A DNA stretch of 58,593 nt, from IMG/VR virus record IMGVR_UViG_3300048833_000177, positions 1 through 58,593 of that record, one strand, 5' to 3'. Position 1 is the first letter of the stretch. Each line of letters opens with the position of its first letter. Shown in pieces: positions 17,365 to 25,628 of the stretch. This stretch comes from a virus. Its lineage: Duplodnaviria; Caudoviricetes. The translations under genes and the position numbers were made by a program. Below the pieces are notes generated by a model. It had not been told where the DNA came from and did not search any database. It saw nothing but the letters and a program-made list of their open reading frames with translations.

Positions 17365-18230
17365 GCGAGACGAAAATCCAGCCCGTCATCACCGCTTGGG
17401 CCATCGGCAAGTGCATGTCCACGCCGTCGAGCTATCAGGACCAGGCCAACCGCTTCGGCACCGTCAGCAAGAAGCGGACGGCTGCCTATGCGCTGCAGCA
17501 GTTGGCCGAGGCTCGCGCCAAGGACGAGGCGCAGGCGGCGGCGAACCTGATCGCCATGCAGCAGAACGCCGCGATCAAGGCCCGCGTCGAGGCGCTGATG
17601 GCTGAGATCGGTATGCCGGCCAAGGTCACGGAGATTGACGCGAAGAGCCGGTCCCGCTTCCCGAAGCGCGTCACGCGCGACGCCGGATGGGTGCAAGACC
17701 TGCAGCGCGAGTGCCGGACCTATGACGGGTTCGAGCAGGCCACCCGCACCTATCAGCAGTTGAAGGAGCGGTACGACGCCTACGCCGCCGAGGCGGAGAA
17801 CGAGGCTGAGCAGATCGCGGCGGCGCAGGCCGAAGAGGCAGAGCGCCGGCGCCAGGAGAAGCTGGCGAACGTCGAACTCGCCGAGATCGTCCTGCGCTAC
17901 GGGCTCGACCGCGAGGCCGAATGGTCCGACGTGCTCGAGGAGCTTCGTAAGAAGGACCAGCGGCTCGATCTCGCCGTCGCCATGAGCCAGACCCGATTGG
18001 ACTGGTCGGACGGCGCTTATCGCGTCTCCGATGCCTTCGGCCGCTTCACCATCCAAAACGACGAGGACAAGTCGATCGCGAACTGCATCGCCAGCATCCT
18101 CGCCGACTTCGAGGACGGCCGCGAGTTCCGTGACTGCTCCTGGTCCTACAGCCGGCTCTTCGCCGAGGCCGCCGACCAGCAACTCTCAACCGACATCCAG
18201 AAGGCGATGGAGCGCAGCGCCCGTGACTGA
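17361..18230 (+). CDS. Hypothetical helical protein
   Basis: Long ORF with phage codon usage. Confidence 0.75.
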   Translation: MSETKIQPVITAWAIGKCMSTPSSYQDQANRFGTVSKKRTAAYALQQLAEARAKDEAQAAANLIAMQQNAAIKARVEALMAEIGMPAKVTEIDAKSRSRFPKRVTRDAGWVQDLQRECRTYDGFEQATRTYQQLKERYDAYAAEAENEAEQIAAAQAEEAERRRQEKLANVELAEIVLRYGLDREAEWSDVLEELRKKDQRLDLAVAMSQTRLDWSDGAYRVSDAFGRFTIQNDEDKSIANCIASILADFEDGREFRDCSWSYSRLFAEAADQQLSTDIQKAMERSARD

Positions 18231-18426
18231 GACCTTCACCGCCCGCCAGAAGCAGCAGGCCCTTAACCGCGAGCTCGGCTTCCGCCGGCGCGTCTACGCC
18301 CAGCGCGTGGCCGAGCAGCGGATGAAGGAGGCCGACGCCAAGTTCCAGATCGCCATCTTCGAGGAGATGGAAGCCGAATATCGCGCCAAGGCTGATGCCG
18401 AGGACCAGGCCGGGAGGCTGCTGTGA
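18223..18426 (+). CDS. Hypothetical protein
   Basis: GTG start; RELGFRRRVY motif. Confidence 0.65.
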   Translation: MTETFTARQKQQALNRELGFRRRVYAQRVAEQRMKEADAKFQIAIFEEMEAEYRAKADAEDQAGRLL

Positions 18427-19136
18427 CCGATCGCCCTATCCCTTTCAGCGCGCCTATGGTGGCCGCTCTCCGCGCCGGGACGAAGACGCAGACCAGGCGC
18501 ACGATCATCCCGCGCGGGCGCAATTCGCTCTTCGACGGGGGCTGGACCGATGGCTATGTGCTCGACCCGGGCAACGCCGAGTGGCGCCGACGCGAGATCG
18601 GCGTCATCCCGGGCGACCGCTTCTGGGTCCGCGAATCTTACTACCAGCGCGGCCATTGGGCGCCGGTCGACGGCGCGCAGACCAAGGGCGGCCGGCAGAA
18701 ATGGGGCTTCGTCCCGGCCGACGACGTGATCGCCTTCGACCAGCCCGCCGGCGAGGTCCGGCTCGGCCGGCACAATGCCGATCCTGGCACGGTCTGCTGG
18801 CACAAGCGGCTCGGCCGGTTCATGCCGCGCTCGGCGAGCAGGATGACGCTGACCGTCACCGACGTCCGCGTCCAGCGGCTGCAGGACATCAGCGAGGAGG
18901 ATGCGATCGCGGAGGGCGCGACGCGCATCGTTCACGAAGGGCCGCCGGGCTGCGGCAGTCTCGACGCTTATCATCACGGTCAGCCGTCGATGGACGACGC
19001 TGGCTTCATCGATGCGCGCGCCAGCTATCGGGATCTCTGGGATCACATCAACGGCGCCGGCGCATGGGCGGCCAACCCGTGGGTGGTCGCCTACAGCTTC
19101 ACGGTCGAGCGCCGCAACATCGACGCGGAGGGCTGA
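18423..19136 (+). CDS. ASCH/PUA-like conserved phage protein
   Basis: RPIPFSAPMV..GTKTQTRR, GDRFWVRE, FMPRSASR..L.VTDVRVQRLQDISEEDA, W.ANPWV. Confidence 0.8.
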   Translation: MTDRPIPFSAPMVAALRAGTKTQTRRTIIPRGRNSLFDGGWTDGYVLDPGNAEWRRREIGVIPGDRFWVRESYYQRGHWAPVDGAQTKGGRQKWGFVPADDVIAFDQPAGEVRLGRHNADPGTVCWHKRLGRFMPRSASRMTLTVTDVRVQRLQDISEEDAIAEGATRIVHEGPPGCGSLDAYHHGQPSMDDAGFIDARASYRDLWDHINGAGAWAANPWVVAYSFTVERRNIDAEG

Positions 19137-19139
19137 GGG

Positions 19140-19391
19140 ATGGCCGATCGAGACTTCGACTGCGCCATCTGCCTGAGACGAGTCTGCATGCGGTGGACTG
19201 CCGGGCGGCGGTTCGACCCGGTGGCCCCTCTCTGCCGCTGGTGCGAGCAGACATACGGCGGCAATGGGCGCGGCCAGTCCGCAGGCTCATTCCGCGATCG
19301 GCGCGAAGTCATCCGGGGCATCGCTCTGAGCGAAGCGATCCGGAGCGAAGCGGCCCAACAGAACTGGAGGCAGAAGCATGCCCGCGCGTGA
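19140..19391 (+). CDS. Small Zn-finger-like protein
   Basis: CAIC...CRWC. Confidence 0.6.
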   Translation: MADRDFDCAICLRRVCMRWTAGRRFDPVAPLCRWCEQTYGGNGRGQSAGSFRDRREVIRGIALSEAIRSEAAQQNWRQKHARA

Positions 19392-19623
19392 CTATGAATC
19401 GGCGCCAGTGACGAATGAGCTTGGCCTCGACACCGTGATCAAGTCGCTCGTCAACGACTTGGAGCAGCTTCGTAAGGGGGAGATCAGCGTCAACGACGCC
19501 ATCGCCAGGTCGATGCTCGCCAAGCAGATTTTCAACGGCGTCCGCATCTACATGAACGGCACGAAGATGCTCGCCGACAGCGCGAAGGATGTCAGCCCGC
19601 CACTCCCCAAGGCGGAGGGCTGA
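19378..19623 (+). CDS. Hypothetical protein
   Basis: RBS GGAGG. Confidence 0.65.
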   Translation: MPARDYESAPVTNELGLDTVIKSLVNDLEQLRKGEISVNDAIARSMLAKQIFNGVRIYMNGTKMLADSAKDVSPPLPKAEG

Positions 19624-19626
19624 GGG

Positions 19627-19911
19627 ATGATCTGCAGCCGATGCCACTCCCCGACGGTCACATGGCGCGGTCCACTGGCGGCGCTGACGCATACCGAGTG
19701 CTCGCAATGCGGCGGCATCAACTGCCAACTGGTCGTAGACGACTTCGATCATGGCCCTGAGGATGACGACTGCCCGAACTGCGGCGGCGACGGCGTGGTC
19801 TACTCGTGCTTCGACGAGTGCGCGTGCGTCGATCCCGAGAGCGGATGCGACGAATGCGAGCGCGCATGCGACTGGTGCAAGCCGCGCCCCGCGCCCAAGG
19901 CGGAGGCCTGA
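19627..19911 (+). CDS. Cys-rich small protein
   Basis: Multiple CxxC pairs. Confidence 0.6.
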   Translation: MICSRCHSPTVTWRGPLAALTHTECSQCGGINCQLVVDDFDHGPEDDDCPNCGGDGVVYSCFDECACVDPESGCDECERACDWCKPRPAPKAEA

Positions 19912-19912
19912 C

Positions 19913-20113
19913 ATGCGCCGCCCTCGCCGCATCATCCACGCTCGCCACCCCAACGCCAACCGCTATCTCTCGGCGGAGGAGAAGCTCGCGCATGTGATCT
20001 GCGGCGCTGTCCACTCGGCCGGTTGCCACTGCGAGCAAGGCTCCGCAGCGACATGCTCGACCATGATCTGGGCCGCCAAGCGCGTCCTGAAGCATCTCGG
20101 GAAGGAGGCCTGA
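19913..20113 (+). CDS. Hypothetical protein
   Basis: RBS GGAGG; Cys/His cluster. Confidence 0.55.
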   Translation: MRRPRRIIHARHPNANRYLSAEEKLAHVICGAVHSAGCHCEQGSAATCSTMIWAAKRVLKHLGKEA

Positions 20114-20114
20114 G

Positions 20115-20399
20115 ATGCCGCGCGCGCCGATGCTTGCGCCCGACGACGGCGCACGCCGACCATCGCCACCACGGCGCGGTCTGTCGTGCGCTGAATCGGC
20201 AGATTACATCGGCGTGTCCGTCACCAAGTTCCTCGAGATGGTGGATGACGGTCGCATGCCAAAGGCGAAGGAGATCGACCGTCGGCGCGTCTGGGACATC
20301 CGGGCGCTGGACCGGGCATTCGACATGCTGCCAGGCGATGAAGACGCCGGCGCCTTGGATGCAGGGGCCTTGCCGCAGAAGCGGGAGATCGTGCTGTAA
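20115..20399 (+). CDS. xis: Excisionase (AlpA-like HTH)
   Basis: RRGLS..ESADYIGVSVTKF..MV.DGRMP...RRVWD; directly upstream of int. Confidence 0.85.
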   Translation: MPRAPMLAPDDGARRPSPPRRGLSCAESADYIGVSVTKFLEMVDDGRMPKAKEIDRRRVWDIRALDRAFDMLPGDEDAGALDAGALPQKREIVL

Positions 20400-21541
20400 T
20401 GTGCTTCATGGCGAACATCAGACTGAAACACGTCACCATCGACCGCTCGGAAGGGCTGGTCCGCTATTACCTGCGCCTGCCCGGCCAGAAGAAAATCCGT
20501 CTGCCCGGCAAGCTGGGCGACCCCGTTTTCATGAGCGCCTATCAGGCGGCCATCTCAGGCGTGCCCGTGCCGCGCCAGCCGGATGGCGCCGTCGCCAAAG
20601 CGAACAGCCGCGGCACCATGGTATGGTTGGTCGACGAGTATCTGCGCAGCGCTGCCTTCAAGGGGCTGGCGCCGGCGACGCAGGGCGCCCGGCGCAACAT
20701 CCTGAAGGTCATGCTGAAGACAGCCGCCGACGTCCGCGTGGCCGACGTCACCCAAGACGAGATCAGGAAGGCGCGGGATAGGCGCTCGGCTACGCCGGCA
20801 GCCGCCAACACCTTCCTGAAGGCAATGAGCCACCTCTTCACCTTCGCCATCGAATACAAGCACGCCACGAAGAACCCGGTCGAGGGCGTTGCGCGGCTGC
20901 CGTCGAAGACGAACGGGCACCACACCTGGACAGAGGCCGAGATCAATCGCTTTCTCGACCACTACCCGGTCGGCACCATGGCGCATCTCTGTCTGTGCAT
21001 CATGCTCTACACCGGCGTCCGCGTGTCCGATGCGGCCGTCATGGGCCGTCAGCACATCAGTAAGGGCTGGATCAGCTTTCGGGCGCAGAAGAACAGCGTC
21101 GAGGTCGACATGCCGGTCGCGCCGGAACTCCAGCGCGCGATCGACGCGGTGCGTGTCTCGCGCAAGGGCCACATGCACCTGCTGATCAACGAGTGGGACA
21201 AGCCGTTCTCGGTGAAGGGCCTGGGCCAGCGCATGCGGAAGTGGTGCGACAAGATCGGCCTAGAGCATTGCTCAAGCCATGGCGTGCGAAAGGCCGGCGC
21301 GACGATCGCCGCTGACAACGGCGCGACCGAGCACGAGCTCATGGCAACGTTCGGGTGGAACTCGCCGAAGCAGGCCGCGCTCTACACCAGGAAGGCGAAT
21401 CGTCGCCGCCTGGCGGGGTCCGGCGCCGCCAAGATCAGCCTCGGGAAGGGTGAGAACGGGAACGAAATTGTCCCGCCGTCCGAGGGGGTGGAAACCGAGC
21501 GGGACAATCAGCCCGAAAAACGCAAGGAAATCAGTGCATGA
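20399..21541 (+). CDS. int: Tyrosine integrase
   Basis: YTGVRVSD (R), QKN (K), HGVRK (HxxR), TFGW, ALYTR (Y). Confidence 0.95.
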   Translation: MCFMANIRLKHVTIDRSEGLVRYYLRLPGQKKIRLPGKLGDPVFMSAYQAAISGVPVPRQPDGAVAKANSRGTMVWLVDEYLRSAAFKGLAPATQGARRNILKVMLKTAADVRVADVTQDEIRKARDRRSATPAAANTFLKAMSHLFTFAIEYKHATKNPVEGVARLPSKTNGHHTWTEAEINRFLDHYPVGTMAHLCLCIMLYTGVRVSDAAVMGRQHISKGWISFRAQKNSVEVDMPVAPELQRAIDAVRVSRKGHMHLLINEWDKPFSVKGLGQRMRKWCDKIGLEHCSSHGVRKAGATIAADNGATEHELMATFGWNSPKQAALYTRKANRRRLAGSGAAKISLGKGENGNEIVPPSEGVETERDNQPEKRKEISA

Positions 21542-21660
21542 AAAGGTGCTTGGAGGCCTCGCCCGAAACGGAGCATTTGAGGTCTGACAACAACATAGCG
21601 GCAAATTCGGTCCCGACGCACGCCACGGTTTTACGGGGCGAATCGCAGGGATTGTCCCGC
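21467..21660. other. attP: core TGGAGGCCTCGCCCG (21551-21565) with arm-type repeats ATTGTCCCGC at 21467, 21499 (inverted) and 21651
   Basis: The reverse complement of the core, CGGGCGAGGCCTCCA, is a tRNA-like 3' end (resembles alphaproteobacterial tRNA-Cys from memory). Three identical 10-mers flank it. Confidence 0.75.
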
Positions 21661-21731
21661 CCTTCAGGCCCCCTCCCCCCTATGGGCACAGAGAGCGGGG
21701 GACGGTGATGGGCGCGCGCAAGGAGACTGAC

Positions 21732-21989
21732 ATGAGCGAGACGAAGCTGACGGGATGGCAGCCGATTGAGTCGGCGCCGAAGGATGGAACCTACGTCCTT
21801 GTGACAAACGGGGTTGCTCAAGCTTCTTGGGTGGCGAAGTTCGTAGGCGAGCGGGCGTTCATCGAGAACCCGTGGATGAGCATGATGCTCAACCTATGGC
21901 ATTCACCAGTCCGCTATTTTTCGACCATCCCCACCCACTGGATGCCGCTCCCTGCCCCGCCCGCCCTCTCCAACCCGGAGAGCGAGTGA
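21732..21989 (+). CDS. DUF551-like phage protein
   Basis: WQPIESAPKDGT...PTHWMPLPAPP. Confidence 0.8.
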   Translation: MSETKLTGWQPIESAPKDGTYVLVTNGVAQASWVAKFVGERAFIENPWMSMMLNLWHSPVRYFSTIPTHWMPLPAPPALSNPESE

Positions 21990-22246
21990 TGGGCGAGAAG
22001 CTGATCCTATCTCGCCGGGCTCTCATTTTGGGGCTGACCGGGGTGGTCGCGGCCCCCGCCTTGGTTCGGGCGGCGTCTTTGATGCCCATTAGCGCGCCGT
22101 GGGAATTGTTATTTGCACGCGACTATTGGCGCGCGGCGATACCCACCCGGATGACCGTTTACCGGAAGAATGGAGTGATCCGTATCGCTCATGAGCGCCT
22201 GCCTGCCCCCGGCCTTGCCGCCCTCTCCGAGAAGGGGAGGGAGTGA
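21989..22246 (+). CDS. Small protein with a twin-arginine-like N-terminus
   Basis: LSRRALILGLTGVVAAPALVRA. Confidence 0.6.
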   Translation: MGEKLILSRRALILGLTGVVAAPALVRAASLMPISAPWELLFARDYWRAAIPTRMTVYRKNGVIRIAHERLPAPGLAALSEKGRE

Positions 22247-22422
22247 TGGTTGCGCGTAAGCAGCGCATCTTTCGGCTGGAGCCGAATTGGACCTTCCCGT
22301 TTCGAGTGCTGGGGAAGGACTGCATTTTTGTGGCGCAGCCGGTCTGGAATGTCCGGTGGACGCGCCTGCTCGACCGCAAGCAACGCCTCATTCGGGCGCA
22401 GCAGTTTAGGAGCAACTCATGA
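22246..22422 (+). CDS. Small basic hypothetical protein
   Basis: TGATG and ATGA overlaps at its ends. Confidence 0.45.
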   Translation: MVARKQRIFRLEPNWTFPFRVLGKDCIFVAQPVWNVRWTRLLDRKQRLIRAQQFRSNS

Positions 22423-23036
22423 CCACCTCGATCGAAGAAGCCCTCCGATCCGGCGCGGTGCGCGGTGGGTGGGAGTTCTTTCAGGACGAAGGCTATTTCG
22501 GCATGTGGTGCGTGCGGGAGGTCGGCTCTAGCCGGTTTGGCGACGGCTTTCATGTCGCATCGCAGGAAGAAGCCCGCGCTCTTCGCAACCTCCTAGAGGA
22601 GCGGGATCGGTTGAAGGTGGAGCGGGACGAGGCGACAGGCCCCAAAAACGCGCCGGTGGCAGTAGCGTGGCGTTGGCGGTTCGAGCCCGATTTGCCGTGG
22701 CGCATCGTGGCGACGGCGGCCGGGGTTCCGACGACAAAGAGGTGGCCGCGCGCAGAGGTTCAGCCACTGTATCCCGAAGTGCCAGCCCCTATTCGCCTTG
22801 TCGCTCTGACCGAACGCCGCGCCCCCGCCGCCGAAGCCAAGTGCGACGCGGCTTTCGCGTTCATCGCCAAGCTAGTTCACATGCAATCGGGCCAAGGCTG
22901 GACACGCGCTGTCGTTCGCGAAGCGGCCGCCGAGTTCCTGCTGTCACAGGGCGTCACCGTCGAGCACAGCGCGGACACGACGCCAGAGATTATCGCCCGC
23001 GCCCTCACCCAGGAGACGAACGATGTCGGAGAATGA
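22419..23036 (+). CDS. Mosaic hypothetical protein
   Basis: RBS AGGAG; PVAVAWRW...VQPLY module. Confidence 0.65.
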   Translation: MTTSIEEALRSGAVRGGWEFFQDEGYFGMWCVREVGSSRFGDGFHVASQEEARALRNLLEERDRLKVERDEATGPKNAPVAVAWRWRFEPDLPWRIVATAAGVPTTKRWPRAEVQPLYPEVPAPIRLVALTERRAPAAEAKCDAAFAFIAKLVHMQSGQGWTRAVVREAAAEFLLSQGVTVEHSADTTPEIIARALTQETNDVGE

Positions 23037-23292
23037 GAAGCTGGTGGAGCGGTTGCGGGAAGCGGCCGACTGGCCCGAAGTGTGCCCCGTATCCGCGAGC
23101 GAATTGCGCGAAGCCGCCACCGCCCTCACCGCCGCACAGGCGAGGATCAAGATGCTGTCCGAGGCGCTGGCGTTCTACGCGTGCGACGGCGCCAACTGCG
23201 ACTGCTTACCGGGCGAAGAACAGAAAGACCGCCTCTACTGCGGTTTCGTAGCCCGCCAAGCCCTCACTAAGGATCAACCCCATGAAGCCTGA
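23023..23292 (+). CDS. Hypothetical protein
   Basis: LVERLR...REAA..L...EALAFYA...ARQAL pattern. Confidence 0.65.
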   Translation: MSENEKLVERLREAADWPEVCPVSASELREAATALTAAQARIKMLSEALAFYACDGANCDCLPGEEQKDRLYCGFVARQALTKDQPHEA

Positions 23293-23797
23293 GAGCCCCG
23301 CGATGGACGCGCTGCTGGAAGCCGCCCTCAACGAATACCCGCAGGGGCTCCACGCCACGCATCGCGACTGCATGCGGGCGGCTGTCGAAGCTGTGGTTGA
23401 AGCATACGAGGCCGCCAAGCCCGTTGCGGTGGGTGCAGTTGGGTGGGTCAACCCCGCCGATCTCGACCTCTTGCGTGCGGGCCGGGATGACCAGACCTCG
23501 ATTTGGTCAAAGCCTTTCCCAGGTGCAGTGCCGCTCTCCCGTCTCGCCTCTCTGGAAGCCGCCAGGAGCGCGGAGCCGGTGGCGTTTCCTGTCGGTTGGG
23601 CTTTCCGCGAAGGCGACATGGTCGGCAAGAAGAGCGGGTCGTGGTGGGAAGGCAAGATCGTCGGGTGGTATTCGACCCGCGACACGCCCCGAGGCTATGC
23701 TATTCAGGCGCAGGTTTCCGGCGGCAACGGGCCGGTGCAGATCTTCCCCGAGACGGCGATCGTCTCCCACCCCACCCCGGAGGCTTCCGATGTCTGA
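23282..23797 (+). CDS. Multi-module protein with a C-terminal DfrB (R67-type DHFR, SH3-like) domain
   Basis: FREGDMVGKKSGSWWEGKIVGWYSTRDTPRGYAI...VQIFP aligns with R67 [34 protein letters not shown]...VQIYP. Confidence 0.85.
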   Translation: MKPESPAMDALLEAALNEYPQGLHATHRDCMRAAVEAVVEAYEAAKPVAVGAVGWVNPADLDLLRAGRDDQTSIWSKPFPGAVPLSRLASLEAARSAEPVAFPVGWAFREGDMVGKKSGSWWEGKIVGWYSTRDTPRGYAIQAQVSGGNGPVQIFPETAIVSHPTPEASDV

Positions 23798-24086
23798 GAC
23801 GTTCGACCCGATCATCGCGGAGGTCGCCCGCGCAATGCGTAAATTCCCGACGTGGCCGACAGACCCGCTCCATGCGATCGCCGTGCTTGGCGAGGAGTTC
23901 GGCGAGCTGACGAAGGAGGCGCTGCAACTGACCTACGAGCCCCACAAATCGACGCTGGCCGATTTCCGCAAGGAAGCGATCCAGACAGCCGCGATGGCGC
24001 TACGCTTCGTTGCCAGCCTTGACGACTACAAATTCTCGCCGGGGGTCCAGCATAGCCAAGCGCCTGTGGACGCCGCCGATGTCTGA
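23790..24086 (+). CDS. MazG-like all-alpha NTP pyrophosphohydrolase
   Basis: VLGEEFGELTKE...RKEAIQTAAMALRF (EExxE...E). Confidence 0.65.
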   Translation: MSETFDPIIAEVARAMRKFPTWPTDPLHAIAVLGEEFGELTKEALQLTYEPHKSTLADFRKEAIQTAAMALRFVASLDDYKFSPGVQHSQAPVDAADV

Positions 24087-24432
24087 GATCGGGGAGGAGG
24101 AAATCGCGAGGGCGCTGATGTTGGCGCGCGGCGGATGCGCCGTCACTGACTGGCGCGAATCTGAATGGAACCCAAACGTCGCGCAAGCCTTAGCTGAGGC
24201 CCGCGCTGCCCTCGCCCTCCTCCAGCCTGCCCTAGAGCGGGCGAGACGGGAGGAAAGGGAACGGTGCGCGCAGATCGCGGCCGACAAAACGACGGGATAT
24301 TGCGAGTGCGAGGGCTTTGGCTGCGATTGCGGAAACTACGACGATGCGGGGTCAGCAGGCGCGGCGGCATCGGCTCGGCACATCGCCGCCGCCATCCGCT
24401 CCCGGTCGCAGGAGAGCGAGACGGGGGCCTGA
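24079..24432 (+). CDS. Hypothetical protein
   Basis: EERERCAQIA...IAAAIRS module. Confidence 0.65.
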   Translation: MSEIGEEEIARALMLARGGCAVTDWRESEWNPNVAQALAEARAALALLQPALERARREERERCAQIAADKTTGYCECEGFGCDCGNYDDAGSAGAAASARHIAAAIRSRSQESETGA

Positions 24433-24474
24433 AACGAAAAAAGCCGCCGGCCCTCCCGAAGGAAGCCGGCGGCT
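24431..24474 (-). terminator. Intrinsic terminator (late operon end; possibly bidirectional)
   Basis: AGCCGCCGG...CCGGCGGCT stem followed on the minus strand by a T tract. Confidence 0.8.
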
Positions 24475-24604
24475 GAGTGGTATACAGGGGACTTCAAAAA
24501 CGAGCGGAGCGTGTCACCACGAACCACTCGGCATCCGACCGGAGAGAGCCCGGCAGGATCTCGTCAGGGCTCGCGCCCTATTCGTTCATCATGGAGAGCC
24601 GACA

Positions 24605-24793
24605 ATGACCAACGCGCCCGCCCACAAGGACGACATCGCAGACCGCGTCAGGGAGTGCGTGGTCGAACTCAACAACGCCGTCAAAGCAGCCGCCGAGCGC
24701 GGGATCAAGGTCGAGATGCGGCACTACACCATCGTCGAGTTCGGTGCAGGCGAGCGCCCCGTCATAGCCGTCGAACTGTTCGAGCGGCGCTGA
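24605..24793 (+). CDS. Small hypothetical protein
   Basis: RBS GGAG; convergent with the lysis genes. Confidence 0.55.
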   Translation: MTNAPAHKDDIADRVRECVVELNNAVKAAAERGIKVEMRHYTIVEFGAGERPVIAVELFERR

Positions 24794-24802
24794 GCCTAGC
24801 GG

Positions 24803-25282
24803 CTACCGAACCTTGGCGCCGCGAATGTCGAGGGTCGGCAGCGCCCATGGCGAGCCGCAGTCGTATTTCACGGAGGCGTCGATCAGGATGGAATCGGCGT
24901 CCTCCCAGCCCTTGGGCACGGGGGCCTCATAGGGGCCGATGATCAGGCTCTCGCCGGCGTGGGCGATCATTCGGTCTGCGACGGCTGGCGTCCCGTCCAG
25001 CAGCACACCCGGCAGGATGCGACGCTCCTTGCCCCATTGCGCCAGCCATGTGATCTGCGGCGGACAGGAGCGGAGCTTGTCGACATGGACCGACCACGTC
25101 ATGAAGTTGCCCTCGCGCTTGGCGTTCACGATCTCCCAGACGGCGATCGGCGGGGCGAAGCGGAGCTCAACCTGGGGCCCGGCGATCATCGCCGCAGCGA
25201 AGGCCCCGATCATGGCGAAGCCGCCGATCATCACCAGACCGGCGCGCTTCAAGGCATAGCCGATGCAGGCGAGGCGGATCAT
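24803..25282 (-). CDS. Membrane-anchored protein downstream of the holin
   Basis: N-terminal TM segment; ATGA overlap. Confidence 0.65.
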   Translation of the reverse strand: MIRLACIGYALKRAGLVMIGGFAMIGAFAAAMIAGPQVELRFAPPIAVWEIVNAKREGNFMTWSVHVDKLRSCPPQITWLAQWGKERRILPGVLLDGTPAVADRMIAHAGESLIIGPYEAPVPKGWEDADSILIDASVKYDCGSPWALPTLDIRGAKVR

Positions 25283-25617
25283 GGGTTGCTCTCCTTGTCG
25301 CGCTTGACCTGACGGGTCCGCGCCTTCCAGAGATCGATGACGAAGCCCGAGACCGCGATCCCTCCGATGCCGATCAGGAAGCCGGAGAAGCCGGCCCGGC
25401 TCGCTGCATCAATAACGATCTTGCCGATCAATGGTTCGATCGTGGGGATCGCGAGCGGGGCAAGGTAGAGCGCGCAGATGGCGCCGACCGTGATCGAGAT
25501 GATGCCGCTCTTCCAGTCCTCGCGCAGGGACAGCCAGCGGACGATTCCGCCCAGCGCGCCAGCAATGGCGATCTGCCCCTTCTCGCCAAGGAACCAGGCC
25601 CAGAATCCGTCGTGCAT
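25279..25617 (-). CDS. Putative holin
   Basis: 112 aa, 2-3 TM segments, basic C-terminus, in the lysis cassette. Confidence 0.7.
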   Translation of the reverse strand: MHDGFWAWFLGEKGQIAIAGALGGIVRWLSLREDWKSGIISITVGAICALYLAPLAIPTIEPLIGKIVIDAASRAGFSGFLIGIGGIAVSGFVIDLWKARTRQVKRDKESNP

Positions 25618-25628
25618 CGATCTCAGTC

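Noticed and set aside
21545-21625. tRNA gene next to the integrase
   Set aside because: Only 15 nt of a tRNA-like 3' end; no T-loop or cloverleaf follows, so it is called an att core.
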